A DNA stretch of 63,349 bases, the filler included, from Candidatus Woesearchaeota archaeon (lineage in GTDB: Archaea > Nanobdellota > Nanobdellia > Woesearchaeales > BM511), in assembly GCA_023266675.1 (NCBI GenBank). It is 8 parts of 8 records of this genome, joined end to end, with 100 filler letters (N's around TTAATTAATTAA, not from the genome) between each part and the next. Parts side by side here need not be neighbours in the genome. Positions count along the whole stretch, not along the records: positions 39,526 to 50,083 come from JAHFPP010000047.1; positions 50,184 to 60,551 come from JAHFPP010000048.1; 6 more parts are not named here. One strand, 5' to 3'. Numbering within the stretch: the stretch's first letter is position 1; every line of letters starts with the position of its first letter. The position numbers and the translations under genes are program-made. The notes beneath the pieces were generated by a model, which made no database searches, was not told where the DNA came from, and saw nothing but the letters and a program-made list of their open reading frames with translations. Below are positions 40,652 to 50,729 of the stretch, one piece after another.

Positions 40652-41248
40652 CTAGAAAAACGCCTTGAACAGGTTGTAATAAACCGACCATCCGTCAAAT
40701 CCCGGTATTGGAAGAAGGTTGAAGATGAACAGAAAGAGGTTTATCTTTTTTGACAAAGCCCACGCATAAGCGGCATTTCTTGAAAGCTTAAACTTTTTTG
40801 AATTTTTAAGAACTAACCAAGATATTCCAAACATTACAAAATTAAATAAAGGCCCTGCAAATGCAATTAATGAGTATTGAAGATAAGTTCCAGCTCCGCT
40901 AATTGATACGTATCCAGGTACAAAAAATACAAGTGGAAATCCTGCAATCATAAGCACAATTGCAAACGCCAAAAAGAGGTACGCTGCATAAAAAGTTGCC
41001 TGTAATCCAAAGCTCATTGCTACAAATTTGTGCGCGAGTTCATGAAGTATAATTCCTGGTGCAGCTATTGCTGCCGCAAAAAGAATGTTGTCTTTATTAA
41101 AATTAAACTTTGACATGTAACCGCTTTTATACTGCTCAATTATGTCTTTTGGCTCTCGTTTTCGTTCAACATAAAAACTGAATATGAATCCTACACCGAA
41201 TGTCATTACAATAATTCTCCATATCTCAATTAGTGTGATCAAAGCCAT
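40652..41248 (-). CDS. M50 (site-2) membrane metallopeptidase
   Basis: HELAH, IAFAGP, NLLPIPGFDG. Confidence 0.92.
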   Translation of the reverse strand: MALITLIEIWRIIVMTFGVGFIFSFYVERKREPKDIIEQYKSGYMSKFNFNKDNILFAAAIAAPGIILHELAHKFVAMSFGLQATFYAAYLFLAFAIVLMIAGFPLVFFVPGYVSISGAGTYLQYSLIAFAGPLFNFVMFGISWLVLKNSKKFKLSRNAAYAWALSKKINLFLFIFNLLPIPGFDGWSVYYNLFKAFF

Positions 41249-41339
41249 TGATTAAAGAAGTTTTCAATAATTTAAAAACTTTTGTTAATAAACATCGAGT
41301 ATCGAAAGATATAATAATAAAATAGGTATAATTGATAAT

Positions 41340-42029
41340 ATGTTTTTTAAAAAAGATAAATTTCCAATTAGAAAAGACACGCTTTCAAATGAAGAAAGAA
41401 TAATGATAGGTATCCTATTTATTCTAAGGGCTGCACTCGTATATGCTTTCGCGCTTGGGATATGGTATAAACATTGGATAACGTTATTCATCTCTTTGAC
41501 TGCGTTACTGCTGACATTTTTACCATCAATGATAGCTCATAATTATAAGATTAAGCTTCCTGCGGAATTTATCCTTATAACAACAGTTTTTATCTATATG
41601 TCTTTGATTCTTGGGGAAACAAAGGGATATTATGCAAAATACTGGTGGTGGGACAATATGCTTCATACCCTTGCAGGGATAAGCTTTGGTTTCATTGGTT
41701 TTCTGATAGTATACAGTTTATTTAAGACAGGAAAGATTGATACTAAACCTGTATTTGTTGCATTATTTGCTTTTTGTTTTGCCCTCTCAATTGGCGCCAT
41801 GTGGGAAATATTCGAGTTTAATATGGATTCTTCGTTTCACACAAATATGCAAAGATTGGAAACGGGTATAAAAGATACCATGTATGACCTTATGGAAGAC
41901 GCTGTTGGCGCATTATTCACCTCATTTATTGGTTATTTTTATCTTAGAGGGGTTAAAGGGTCTGGTTTTTTTGATGGGATAGTAACACGGTTTGCAAAGC
42001 ATAATCCACATCTTTTCAGGAAAAAATAA
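41340..42029 (+). CDS. Membrane protein, DUF2238-like
   Basis: WWWDNMLH, WEIFEF, DTMYDL. Confidence 0.75.
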   Translation: MFFKKDKFPIRKDTLSNEERIMIGILFILRAALVYAFALGIWYKHWITLFISLTALLLTFLPSMIAHNYKIKLPAEFILITTVFIYMSLILGETKGYYAKYWWWDNMLHTLAGISFGFIGFLIVYSLFKTGKIDTKPVFVALFAFCFALSIGAMWEIFEFNMDSSFHTNMQRLETGIKDTMYDLMEDAVGALFTSFIGYFYLRGVKGSGFFDGIVTRFAKHNPHLFRKK

Positions 42030-42107
42030 GCTTGTAAACCCAAACTCTTTTATATGCTAAATTATTTCTAAAAAATTAGTATAATCATGATTAAGTGAGG
42101 TAACACA

Positions 42108-42752
42108 ATGAAAATTGAAAAAGGACAGAAAGTAAAATTACATTACACAGGAACGCTTGATGACGGCCAGGTATTTGACTCATCAAATGGAAAAGAACCG
42201 CTTGAATTTATCGTAGGAAGCGGAATGGTAATCAAGGGATTTGATGACGCTGTTATAGGCATGCAAGCTGGAAACGAGAAGAAATTCATAATTGAATCAA
42301 AAGACGCTTATGGCGATGTTGTCAAAGAACTCATGCAGGACGTTCCAAAAGAGGCTTTTGGCGAAGAAAAACCTGAGATTGGCGCAACAATTGGAATAAA
42401 AACACCTGACGGACAGGTTATGCCTGTCAAGGTAGTTGCTGTAAAAGACGACAAAGTTACACTTGACTTAAACCATCCGCTTGCTGGAAAAAGATTAACT
42501 TTTGAGATAAAGATTGTTGATGTGGAAAACCTTACAAAAGAGGAGCTTGAAGAGCTTAAACATCAGTCAGAGCATCATCACCACGGACATGGCTGCGAAC
42601 ACGGATGCGAACATGAGCACAGGCATGAACATAAACATGGTGAAGGCCATGAACATGAATGTTGTAAAGATGACCACAAGCATGAAAAACATTCTGAGCA
42701 TCACGAACAAAAGCATTCAGACAGTAAGGAAGGCAAAAAACACAAGAAATAA
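42108..42752 (+). CDS. slyD: FKBP-type PPIase with His/Cys-rich tail
   Basis: HYTGTLDDGQVFDSS, DLNHPLAGKRLTF, His-rich C-terminus. Confidence 0.92.
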   Translation: MKIEKGQKVKLHYTGTLDDGQVFDSSNGKEPLEFIVGSGMVIKGFDDAVIGMQAGNEKKFIIESKDAYGDVVKELMQDVPKEAFGEEKPEIGATIGIKTPDGQVMPVKVVAVKDDKVTLDLNHPLAGKRLTFEIKIVDVENLTKEELEELKHQSEHHHHGHGCEHGCEHEHRHEHKHGEGHEHECCKDDHKHEKHSEHHEQKHSDSKEGKKHKK

Positions 42753-42760
42753 ATCATTTT

Positions 42761-43351
42761 TTAATTTTTATTTGTTTTTTTATTTATTATAAAATTATAC
42801 AACTCATACAAGATTCTTAAAATTATTTCTAAGAAGATTATTAATAAAAGATAATAAAGTATAGTTTTAGAAAATGAGGGTATAGAGTATATTTTCTCAA
42901 AAGTTTTTGCTAAAGAGATATAATTTGGATCAAGAAGATAAACTGCAAGCAAAGAAAATGGAAGCATTTTAGAAAGGTCTGATGCCAGATTTTCACTTAA
43001 ATACGCAATTATCCTAATTGAACCAATAAGTGCCACTGATATTAATATCATCATTTCAGTATTGTTATTTGAGAAAAATGACATAAGAGCAATTAAAATT
43101 ACAAACCCCATGAAAACAAGAATAGGATAAAGTAGTATATGTTGAATTATATAAAAAATTGTTCTAAAAAACTTTTTAACAGTTTGATGCTTTGAGGTAT
43201 TGTATCTTTCAAGATGCAAAGAAAAAATCTCTTTTTTAGACAAAAACTTGCAAAAGCTTGAGATAAAGATTAAATATACAACCATTCCGCACAAAAAAAG
43301 AACCAATGGATACACGGTATTCCACCACTGCGAAAAACTGAAAGTTATCAT
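42761..43351 (-). CDS. Hypothetical multi-TM membrane protein
   Basis: About 5 hydrophobic helices, IRIIAYLSENLASDLSKMLPF. Confidence 0.75.
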   Translation of the reverse strand: MITFSFSQWWNTVYPLVLFLCGMVVYLIFISSFCKFLSKKEIFSLHLERYNTSKHQTVKKFFRTIFYIIQHILLYPILVFMGFVILIALMSFFSNNNTEMMILISVALIGSIRIIAYLSENLASDLSKMLPFSLLAVYLLDPNYISLAKTFEKIYSIPSFSKTILYYLLLIIFLEIILRILYELYNFIINKKTNKN

Positions 43352-43369
43352 AGTTTAAACCTCTTATAT

Positions 43370-43567
43370 TCAATACAGATTATATTGATTCTTCTGTTTA
43401 ATGTACTTTTCGACTTCTTCTTTATCAAACCATGAGCCGCCGCAGTTTTTACAAACATCCAATATTATCTCTCCATAAATCTTTTTGCTCATACTGATAT
43501 TGCATTTAGGACATATTAATTCTTTCTCTCCTATATCCACAGCGTTAGTCTTTAAAAATTTAAACAT
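43370..43567 (-). CDS. zf-TFIIB-domain protein
   Basis: CPKCNISM...LDVCKNCGGSWFDKEE; start placed at ATG 43567. Confidence 0.8.
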   Translation of the reverse strand: MFKFLKTNAVDIGEKELICPKCNISMSKKIYGEIILDVCKNCGGSWFDKEEVEKYIKQKNQYNLY

Positions 43568-43729
43568 TAGTTTCCTCAAATAATAAGTAAGTAGGTGGTA
43601 TTTAAATTTTCTTATTGAACATAAAAACAACAAATTTTTTAAATATCGTCTACGATTTTGAAAAAGCAGTAAGCTTTTTAAATAACCTAAAAACAAGCGG
43701 GTTATAATCGTTTTACGGGGGTAGAAATA

Positions 43730-45805
43730 ATGAGTGGATACATAGAATATACAATTTTAGGAGTAGGATTAATTGCTCTTATAATGGCATTTTGCACATT
43801 TATGCAAGTAAGAAAAATGCCTGCAGGAAACAAGAAGATGCAGGACATCGCAGAGCTTATTTCTCTTGGCGCAAAGTCATTTTTAAAAGCAGAATACAAG
43901 ATAATGTCAATATTCATTGTTGTAATATCAATACTGATATTCTTCTTTTTGGACGTCAAATCGACTCCAAATGTTGATGAAGGATTTTATACTGCAATCT
44001 CATTTATCATAGGAAGCTTCGCATCAATAGTATCAGGAGCTATAGGAATGTTTGTTGCAACAAAAGCAAACGTTCGTACAACAGAAGCCTCGCGAAAAAG
44101 CGTTGGTGAAGGATTCAAAGTCGCATTCAAAGCAGGCTCAGTCCTCGGACTGTCCCTTGTAACATTTGCAATGTGCGGAATAACACTTTTATTCATGCTA
44201 TACTCTGCAATTGGACTAGAAACATCAACAGTCGTTGAAGTCATAACAGGATTTGCACTTGGCGGCTCAATGATGGCTTTATTTGGACGAGTTGGCGGCG
44301 GAATATACACAAAAGCAGCTGACGTCGGCGCAGACCTAGTAGGAAAAGTTGAGAAAGGAATTCCTGAAGACGACCCAAGAAACCCAGCAGTAATCGCAGA
44401 CAACGTTGGAGACAACGTAGGCGATATAGCAGGGATGGGCTCAGACCTTTTTGGCTCAATGGCAGAAAGCACAGTAGCAGCTTTAGTAATAGGAGTTATC
44501 GCATTTGGAATAAGCGACCCAAAAGCACTTCTTTTCCCACTGTTAATATCAGCAGCAGGAATAGTAGCAAGCATGATAACACTGTTCTTCATCAAAGTCA
44601 AAAAAGGCTCAAAGAACGTTGAACTCCCAATCAAGATGAGTTTAGTTATAAGCACAGCAATAGTTGGAGTTGCAGCATATTTCATGACAAAATGGGCAAT
44701 ACCTGAAGCGTTTAAGCTGCACGGAATAATGTACAGCGGAATTGGAGTATATTACTCACTTCTTGCAGGACTAATATCCGGACTTTTGATTGGACTCATA
44801 ACTGAATATTACACATCAGCTTCATACAAGCCAGTAAAAGACAACGCAGAAGCAACAAAAACTGGCGCTGCAACACTGATAATAAATGGAATAGCTTTAG
44901 GCTATGAATCATCAGTTGTACCAGTATTATTACTTGCAGCAACAGCAGTAATAGCTTTTAGCTTTGCAGGGCTCTACGGAGTTGCTCTAGCAGCTTTAGG
45001 AATGCTTGCAACACTTGTAATAGCATTGACAGTTGACGTTTACGGACCTATATCAGACAATGCTGGCGGAATAGCTGAAATGGCTGGCCTAGAAAAAGGA
45101 GTGCGTGCAAACACAGACGTTCTTGACGCAGCAGGAAACACAACAGCTGCTATTGGAAAAGGATTTGCAATTGGCTCAGCAACACTAACAGCGCTTGCAC
45201 TTTTCTCAGCATTTGTAACATCATACACAAATATGTCAGGAAAAGACATCGTTGTAAACCTACTTGATTTTAAAGTGCTTGCAGGAATAATGATTGGAGG
45301 AATGCTCCCATTCATATTCTCAGCACTAACAATGAAATCTGTTGGTCGCGCAGCGCAAGGAATAGTCATGGAAGTCAGACGCCAATTCAAGGAAATAAAA
45401 GGATTAATGGAAGGAAAAGCAAAACCTGACTACGAAAAATGCATCGCGATATCAACAAAGTCATCACTTAGAGAAATGATACTGCCTGGAGTAATAATCA
45501 TATTTACACCAGTAGTTGTTGGAACAGTATTTGGAGTGCAGGTACTCGCAGGAGTGCTTGTTGGCTCAATCGCATCAGGCGTAGTCTTGGCAATATCAAT
45601 GTCAAACTCAGGCGGAGCATGGGACAACTCAAAGAAGTATATTGAAGCAGGAAACCTTGGCGGAAAAGGAAGCGACTGCCACAAAGCAGCAGTTGTAGGC
45701 GACACAGTAGGCGACCCATTCAAAGACACATCAGGACCGTCATTAAACATCCTGATTAAATTAATGGCAATAACCTCACTGGTACTTGTGCCACTGTTTA
45801 TATAA
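43730..45805 (+). CDS. hppA: Membrane-bound ion-translocating pyrophosphatase, K+-dependent type
   Basis: GGGIYTKAADVGADLVGKVE, DNVGDNVGD, GNTTAA (Ala form), DTVGDPFKDTSGP. Confidence 0.95.
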   Translation: MSGYIEYTILGVGLIALIMAFCTFMQVRKMPAGNKKMQDIAELISLGAKSFLKAEYKIMSIFIVVISILIFFFLDVKSTPNVDEGFYTAISFIIGSFASIVSGAIGMFVATKANVRTTEASRKSVGEGFKVAFKAGSVLGLSLVTFAMCGITLLFMLYSAIGLETSTVVEVITGFALGGSMMALFGRVGGGIYTKAADVGADLVGKVEKGIPEDDPRNPAVIADNVGDNVGDIAGMGSDLFGSMAESTVAALVIGVIAFGISDPKALLFPLLISAAGIVASMITLFFIKVKKGSKNVELPIKMSLVISTAIVGVAAYFMTKWAIPEAFKLHGIMYSGIGVYYSLLAGLISGLLIGLITEYYTSASYKPVKDNAEATKTGAATLIINGIALGYESSVVPVLLLAATAVIAFSFAGLYGVALAALGMLATLVIALTVDVYGPISDNAGGIAEMAGLEKGVRANTDVLDAAGNTTAAIGKGFAIGSATLTALALFSAFVTSYTNMSGKDIVVNLLDFKVLAGIMIGGMLPFIFSALTMKSVGRAAQGIVMEVRRQFKEIKGLMEGKAKPDYEKCIAISTKSSLREMILPGVIIIFTPVVVGTVFGVQVLAGVLVGSIASGVVLAISMSNSGGAWDNSKKYIEAGNLGGKGSDCHKAAVVGDTVGDPFKDTSGPSLNILIKLMAITSLVLVPLFI

Positions 45806-45848
45806 GAAAATTATTTTATTTTTTTATTAATTTTTTATTTTTCTAAAA

Positions 45849-46691
45849 TTAATTATTGTCTGGAAATCCTTTCGACTTAATCATCTTCAAATCTTTTGTG
45901 ATAACTAAATATTTTTCTTTAGAGAACTTTTTCAGATTTTTTGAGCCACAGACAAATATCGCTGTTGCAAGTGCATCGGCAACTGCAAGCTTCTTGTGGA
46001 CAACAGTGACCGATATTATGTCTTTCTTGTTAATGATGTGAGACTTGTCGTAATCATTATTATAGTACTGATTATAATCCCCTGACGTCGCTACTGATTC
46101 GCTTTTCAAGTTAAATGAATAAATTGTTTTTTCCTTGTCACGAGGATGCTGAATTGACATATTTTCAGTGTGTTTTCCAAATGAGATCATATCTCCGCGT
46201 AAATCAATGAATCCTGATTCAACACCTTCATTTTTCAGAAACTCTGTCAGTTTATCACCTATATATCCCTTTGCAACACTTCCAAGGTCTATTAAGACAT
46301 CATCATTTTCAAGCGTTAAAACATTTCCTTTGATTAAAACATCTTTGTATGAGCAATTAACTTTTTTTTCTTCGTCTTTTTTTCTTGACAAGAATTCTTT
46401 TCCTTTTGCCGCGTCATATTCTCCTTTTGTGAACTTTGAAAACTTGATGGATAGTTTTATGACTTTAGCAAGCTCTTTTGAACATTTCATATTTCGTTTC
46501 TGGTTAAGCCGTGAAAGCTCGCTAGTCTTATCGTAGAAATTGAATATTTTTTGAAGCCTTAATGCTTCAGAATAGAATTTGCTAAAAATAACTTCTGACA
46601 TATCCTTATCAAAATCATAAAGAGTTAATTCTATATTATCTCCAACTAACTGGAACTTTTTTGAGATTTGAGTTAAATCATGATTTGCCAT
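45849..46691 (-). CDS. apbE: FAD:protein FMN transferase
   Basis: SELSRLN, IDLGSVAKGY, VATSGDY, ADALATA; start placed at ATG 46691. Confidence 0.88.
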   Translation of the reverse strand: MANHDLTQISKKFQLVGDNIELTLYDFDKDMSEVIFSKFYSEALRLQKIFNFYDKTSELSRLNQKRNMKCSKELAKVIKLSIKFSKFTKGEYDAAKGKEFLSRKKDEEKKVNCSYKDVLIKGNVLTLENDDVLIDLGSVAKGYIGDKLTEFLKNEGVESGFIDLRGDMISFGKHTENMSIQHPRDKEKTIYSFNLKSESVATSGDYNQYYNNDYDKSHIINKKDIISVTVVHKKLAVADALATAIFVCGSKNLKKFSKEKYLVITKDLKMIKSKGFPDNN

Positions 46692-46776
46692 ATTATCAGT
46701 TATCTCCTTGTTTATTAAAACCTTTTTTTTAAACAAAAGCGAAATGAATATAAATCATATTTAAATATAGAGTATA

Positions 46777-47202
46777 ATGTTTTACAAAATCAAAGGAGTG
46801 GACACAGATAAGTGCAACGGATGCGAGAAGTGCGTACAGATATGCCATCATAGCTGCTTTGATATGGTTCTTTCAGGAAATAATGTTGTTGCTAAATTTA
46901 TTAATCCAAAAACATGTGACTCATGCGGAGACTGCATCGTTGTATGCCCTGTAGAAAACACTGCAATACTTCTTAAAAGTGCAAATAAAAATAAAGAGGG
47001 GTATGTAGTAAAGATTGACGGGGAAACATGTGACGCATGCGGAAAATGTATAAGCGTATGCCCTGAAAAAAACATTGAGATAGTTGAAGAAAATGGAAAT
47101 ATTTTTGCAAAGATAATTGATCCTGAAAAATGCGCTTCTGACGGACACTGTACATTCTGCTGTGAGAACGACAATAAGAAGTATGCTAAGCATAAAAAAT
47201 GA
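46777..47202 (+). CDS. Polyferredoxin with four [4Fe-4S] motifs
   Basis: Three CxxCxxCxxxC motifs plus one with Asp substitution (CASDGHCTFCC). Confidence 0.88.
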   Translation: MFYKIKGVDTDKCNGCEKCVQICHHSCFDMVLSGNNVVAKFINPKTCDSCGDCIVVCPVENTAILLKSANKNKEGYVVKIDGETCDACGKCISVCPEKNIEIVEENGNIFAKIIDPEKCASDGHCTFCCENDNKKYAKHKK

Positions 47203-47232
47203 GATAGTTTTTTATATAATATTTGGGTTCTG

Positions 47233-47586
47233 ATGTGCATGGCTGATTTAATAGCATGTTTTACAACTGACAATCACAATAGGCATCTTCATAGACTTAT
47301 CAATGAATCGGAGTGGGACAGGATTTTTGTAGTAACAACGCCAGAACTTCGGCGGCGCCACAAATTCCAGAAAGAAGTCCTGTATATAGTAATTGACCCA
47401 AAGAAGCCCATAGATGAGTATGTTGAAGACATAAAAAGCAATCTTAAGGGATTCTTCCTTGAAGTAGGTATAAACCTTGTGAATGGTGAAGGAAAGGATC
47501 ATATGGCGCTTTTGTCTGCTGTCATGAAAGCAGGTCTAGGGTTTAGGCTTGTTGCAGTAACAAAGAACGGCGTTGAAGAAATATAG
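47233..47586 (+). CDS. Hypothetical protein
   Basis: GEGKDHMALLSAVMKAGLGFRLV; resembles conserved DPANN hypotheticals. Confidence 0.75.
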   Translation: MCMADLIACFTTDNHNRHLHRLINESEWDRIFVVTTPELRRRHKFQKEVLYIVIDPKKPIDEYVEDIKSNLKGFFLEVGINLVNGEGKDHMALLSAVMKAGLGFRLVAVTKNGVEEI

Positions 47587-47642
47587 ATTTCTAAAGATTT
47601 TAAAATGTAATTAGGCAGAGCCATATTCATTTTCTAAGAAAT

Positions 47643-47845
47643 TTAATCATACATATTAATAATAATAAAATAAGCTAAATCATAAATTATTCTCTAAAAA
47701 TAGCTAAATATATAAACAAGTTATCATACGAATTAATAATATAACTGAGAAAGTAAATAAAGTCAGGAGATTAATCATACATATTAATAATAATAAAATA
47801 AGCTAAATCATAAATTATTCTCTAAAAATAGCTAAATATATAAAC
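47643..47845. repeat. 75-bp perfect direct repeat
   Basis: 47643-47717 equals 47771-47845 (128-nt offset). Confidence 0.9.
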
Positions 47846-47891
47846 TAGTAATCATACAAATTAATAATTAGTTTTTGCGGTTGTAATAAAA

Positions 47892-48413
47892 GTGATAGAT
47901 AAATCAGTTAAAGATAGAGATATAGATTCCATTCTTGATAATCAAATCAATCTTGAAATTCTTCTAAAAAAGTCAAAACAGGAGCTAATTTCTCTAATTT
48001 TAAAGTCGCAAGATCTACAGATACCTATATCATTATTTCTCAACAAAGCAGGACCTCTCGAGTCACTTGTAAAATACCTTAAAGACGAGAAAAAACTTGA
48101 AACAAAAGTAATAGCAGAGAAACTGAACAGAAATATCCAGACAATTTTTACAACATATCATAACGCAAAAAACCAAAAGATAAAGTTTAATGAAAAGGGA
48201 CAAACTGTTCCTTTATACATTTTCTCTAAAGATGATAAATCAATCCTTGAGTCGCTTGTTTTCTACATGAAAGACTCATTAAAATTACGCTTCTGTGAAA
48301 TATCAAAAATTCTAGACCGTGACAACCGGACGATTTGGATTTACTACCACAGATATACCGCAAAAACAAAACAAAAAAATCCTTTAGGAGGGAAAAAATA
48401 TGGAGAGAAATAG
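47892..48413 (+). CDS. Duplicated-HTH DNA-binding protein
   Basis: Two copies of LESLV.YLKD...IA..L.R...TI...YH. Confidence 0.75.
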   Translation: MIDKSVKDRDIDSILDNQINLEILLKKSKQELISLILKSQDLQIPISLFLNKAGPLESLVKYLKDEKKLETKVIAEKLNRNIQTIFTTYHNAKNQKIKFNEKGQTVPLYIFSKDDKSILESLVFYMKDSLKLRFCEISKILDRDNRTIWIYYHRYTAKTKQKNPLGGKKYGEK

Positions 48414-50083
48414 AAACAGGAAAAAGCACATAGAGAGAGTAAGAAAGAAAGAAAAAGCAAGAATTGAATACAAAAGCAAGACAAATAAAACATTAAATAT
48501 TTTCAGAACTCCCTCAAAAGTATTACATAACCTAGCGATAGCTCTCCTCTTCCTAACAGTTTTTGTAATAAGTGCGACAAATGCAAATGCAATAACAAAT
48601 CTGATAGCGCTTCAGGGAAATGCAAATGACAACGGTGTGCCAATAAACAACGGAGACCTTGTAATAACAGTGTATGATGCAGCAAGCGGTGGAAGTCAAA
48701 TACATGATTCAGGAACAGATTTCAATGGTGTTGTAAACAATGGTCGATATGACGTGCTTGTTGGAAGCGGAAGCAACTCACTCTCACTTGAATATGGAAA
48801 AAATTACTACATAGACATGTCCATAAACGGACAGAACCTTGATTTTAACGGTGCAGACAGAAAAATATTCCAGTCAAGCGTTGGCGACATTAATGCATCA
48901 TTCATAAAAACAAACACGATAACTGATGCAGAAATAAACGCTTTGGCAAATATAGCAAAATCAAAGATAAGCTCTAGCGGTACATGGACTGAAAGCGAAA
49001 TACCAAGCATAACTGGCGCATGGAGCGGAACAGTAAACTCTTCAAAGATAGTTTCACAAAATCTCATGAACGTAAATAGTTCAACATATTCAAATTATTT
49101 AGGTGGATATCTTGCATCTACATTCCTTCTAAATGACTCGACTCTTAACGCAAGAATTGACAGCTTAAACTTAAGCAAGGCAAAGATAGGAACATGCCCT
49201 TCAGGACAAATTGTTCAAAATATAACAGCAAACGGCGTTGAATGTGTAGTTGACCAGACAGGAAGTGTAGGGGACGGAAACAATTATACAACAGGTGTAA
49301 GCTTCAACAATAGCGGAGGAGTATATCAGATTAATATTGCAAGAAACGGAGCATCAAACATAACTGCAACATTTGATATAACATCATACAACGACAGCAC
49401 AGCAATAAATACAGAAATAACAAATAGACAAAACAACGACACAAACCTGCAAAATCAGATAAACAGTTTACTTACAAACGACACTAACCTAAACTTAAAG
49501 ATTAATTCAGTAAACAGCTCGTCAAACATTAAAGGTTTTGGATTTAATATTACAACAGAATTAAAAATATGGTTTGATTCATTATACACTTCAGTCAACA
49601 TAAATGTACTTACAAACTTCTACAATAAGACAGACAGCGACGCAAGATATCTGCAATTGTCAGACCAAAAGTACAATGAGAGTGCATCGATAAATTCTGT
49701 AAATTCAACAGCTGTAAATGCACAAACAATTGCTATAACAGCAAACACTACAGCAAGCGCCAAAGCATCACCTGGAACATGCGCTGTCGGACAAGTTGTA
49801 CAAAATACAACTACTGGAGGCGTACAGTGTATATCAGTTGGCGCAGGCACAGTCACGCAAATCAATTCTGGAACTTATACAACTGGTGGTGTAATAACTG
49901 GAAGCGGAACAATAGATGTTAACACAACATCACTAACAGCAACAATAGGCAACTGGAGTGCGGACAAACCAAACTATTTGACAATTGCTAACGATAACGC
50001 TCAGCAATTAAGCCAAAACAACACCATAACATCAATAGGAAACTGGAGCGCAGACAAACCTAGCTACGCAACAACCGCCACAG
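48400..50083 (+). CDS. Large Asn/Thr/Ser-rich surface or adhesin-like protein, 3' truncated
   Basis: Basic N-terminus plus hydrophobic helix; repeats GTCxxGQxVQNxTxxGVxC x2 and IGNWSADKP x2. Confidence 0.75.
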
Positions 50084-50259
50084 NNNNNNNNNNNNNNNNN
50101 NNNNNNNNNNNNNNNNNNNNNNNNNNNTTAATTAATTAANNNNNNNNNNNNNNNNNNNNNNNNNNNNNNNNNNNNNNNNNNNNTTATATAGAAATCGCAC
50201 ACACCTGTCCAGTGAGTCCAGTGCAGAAAATCATAATTTGATAGTTAAACATTCAATAA

Positions 50260-50700
50260 GTGATTTTAAGAAATTTGATAAAATGCATAGAGATTATGTT
50301 AAAACATATAACAAGAATATTTAAATATAAGATGCCAGAGAGTGAATGTAAAATGTTTGAGAAACTAGTGGATATTGTTCTTTCGGATAAGCCAATGCCT
50401 CTTGTGTCGGCGCTTGATGACAGAAGGATAATGTATGATGAGTATCTTTTCGGATTAAAAATAGAAGCAGGAAATCCGCTTATAGTGTTTAACCCGGGAC
50501 TATGCATTTTAAGAGCATATGCAGGAAATAAAGTTATAAGAGGTATGGATACAAGAGACTCTGATTTTGAGTATCTTGCAAATGACTATCTTTTAAAGAT
50601 GTACATGCATTCAACAATTATTACAACGCCTAAGAAAAGATGTTTGGCTGGAAAAATTAGCAGAAGCCGCGGATATGAAGTTAATTTTGTAAGAATTTAG
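50260..50700 (+). CDS. Hypothetical protein
   Basis: ORF with uncertain start. Confidence 0.55.
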   Translation: MILRNLIKCIEIMLKHITRIFKYKMPESECKMFEKLVDIVLSDKPMPLVSALDDRRIMYDEYLFGLKIEAGNPLIVFNPGLCILRAYAGNKVIRGMDTRDSDFEYLANDYLLKMYMHSTIITTPKKRCLAGKISRSRGYEVNFVRI

Positions 50701-50729
50701 ATAAATTTAATTCTAATAAATTAAAAAAA

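Noticed and set aside
42571..42752. His-rich tail as a novel feature
   Set aside because: Known metal-binding tail of SlyD proteins
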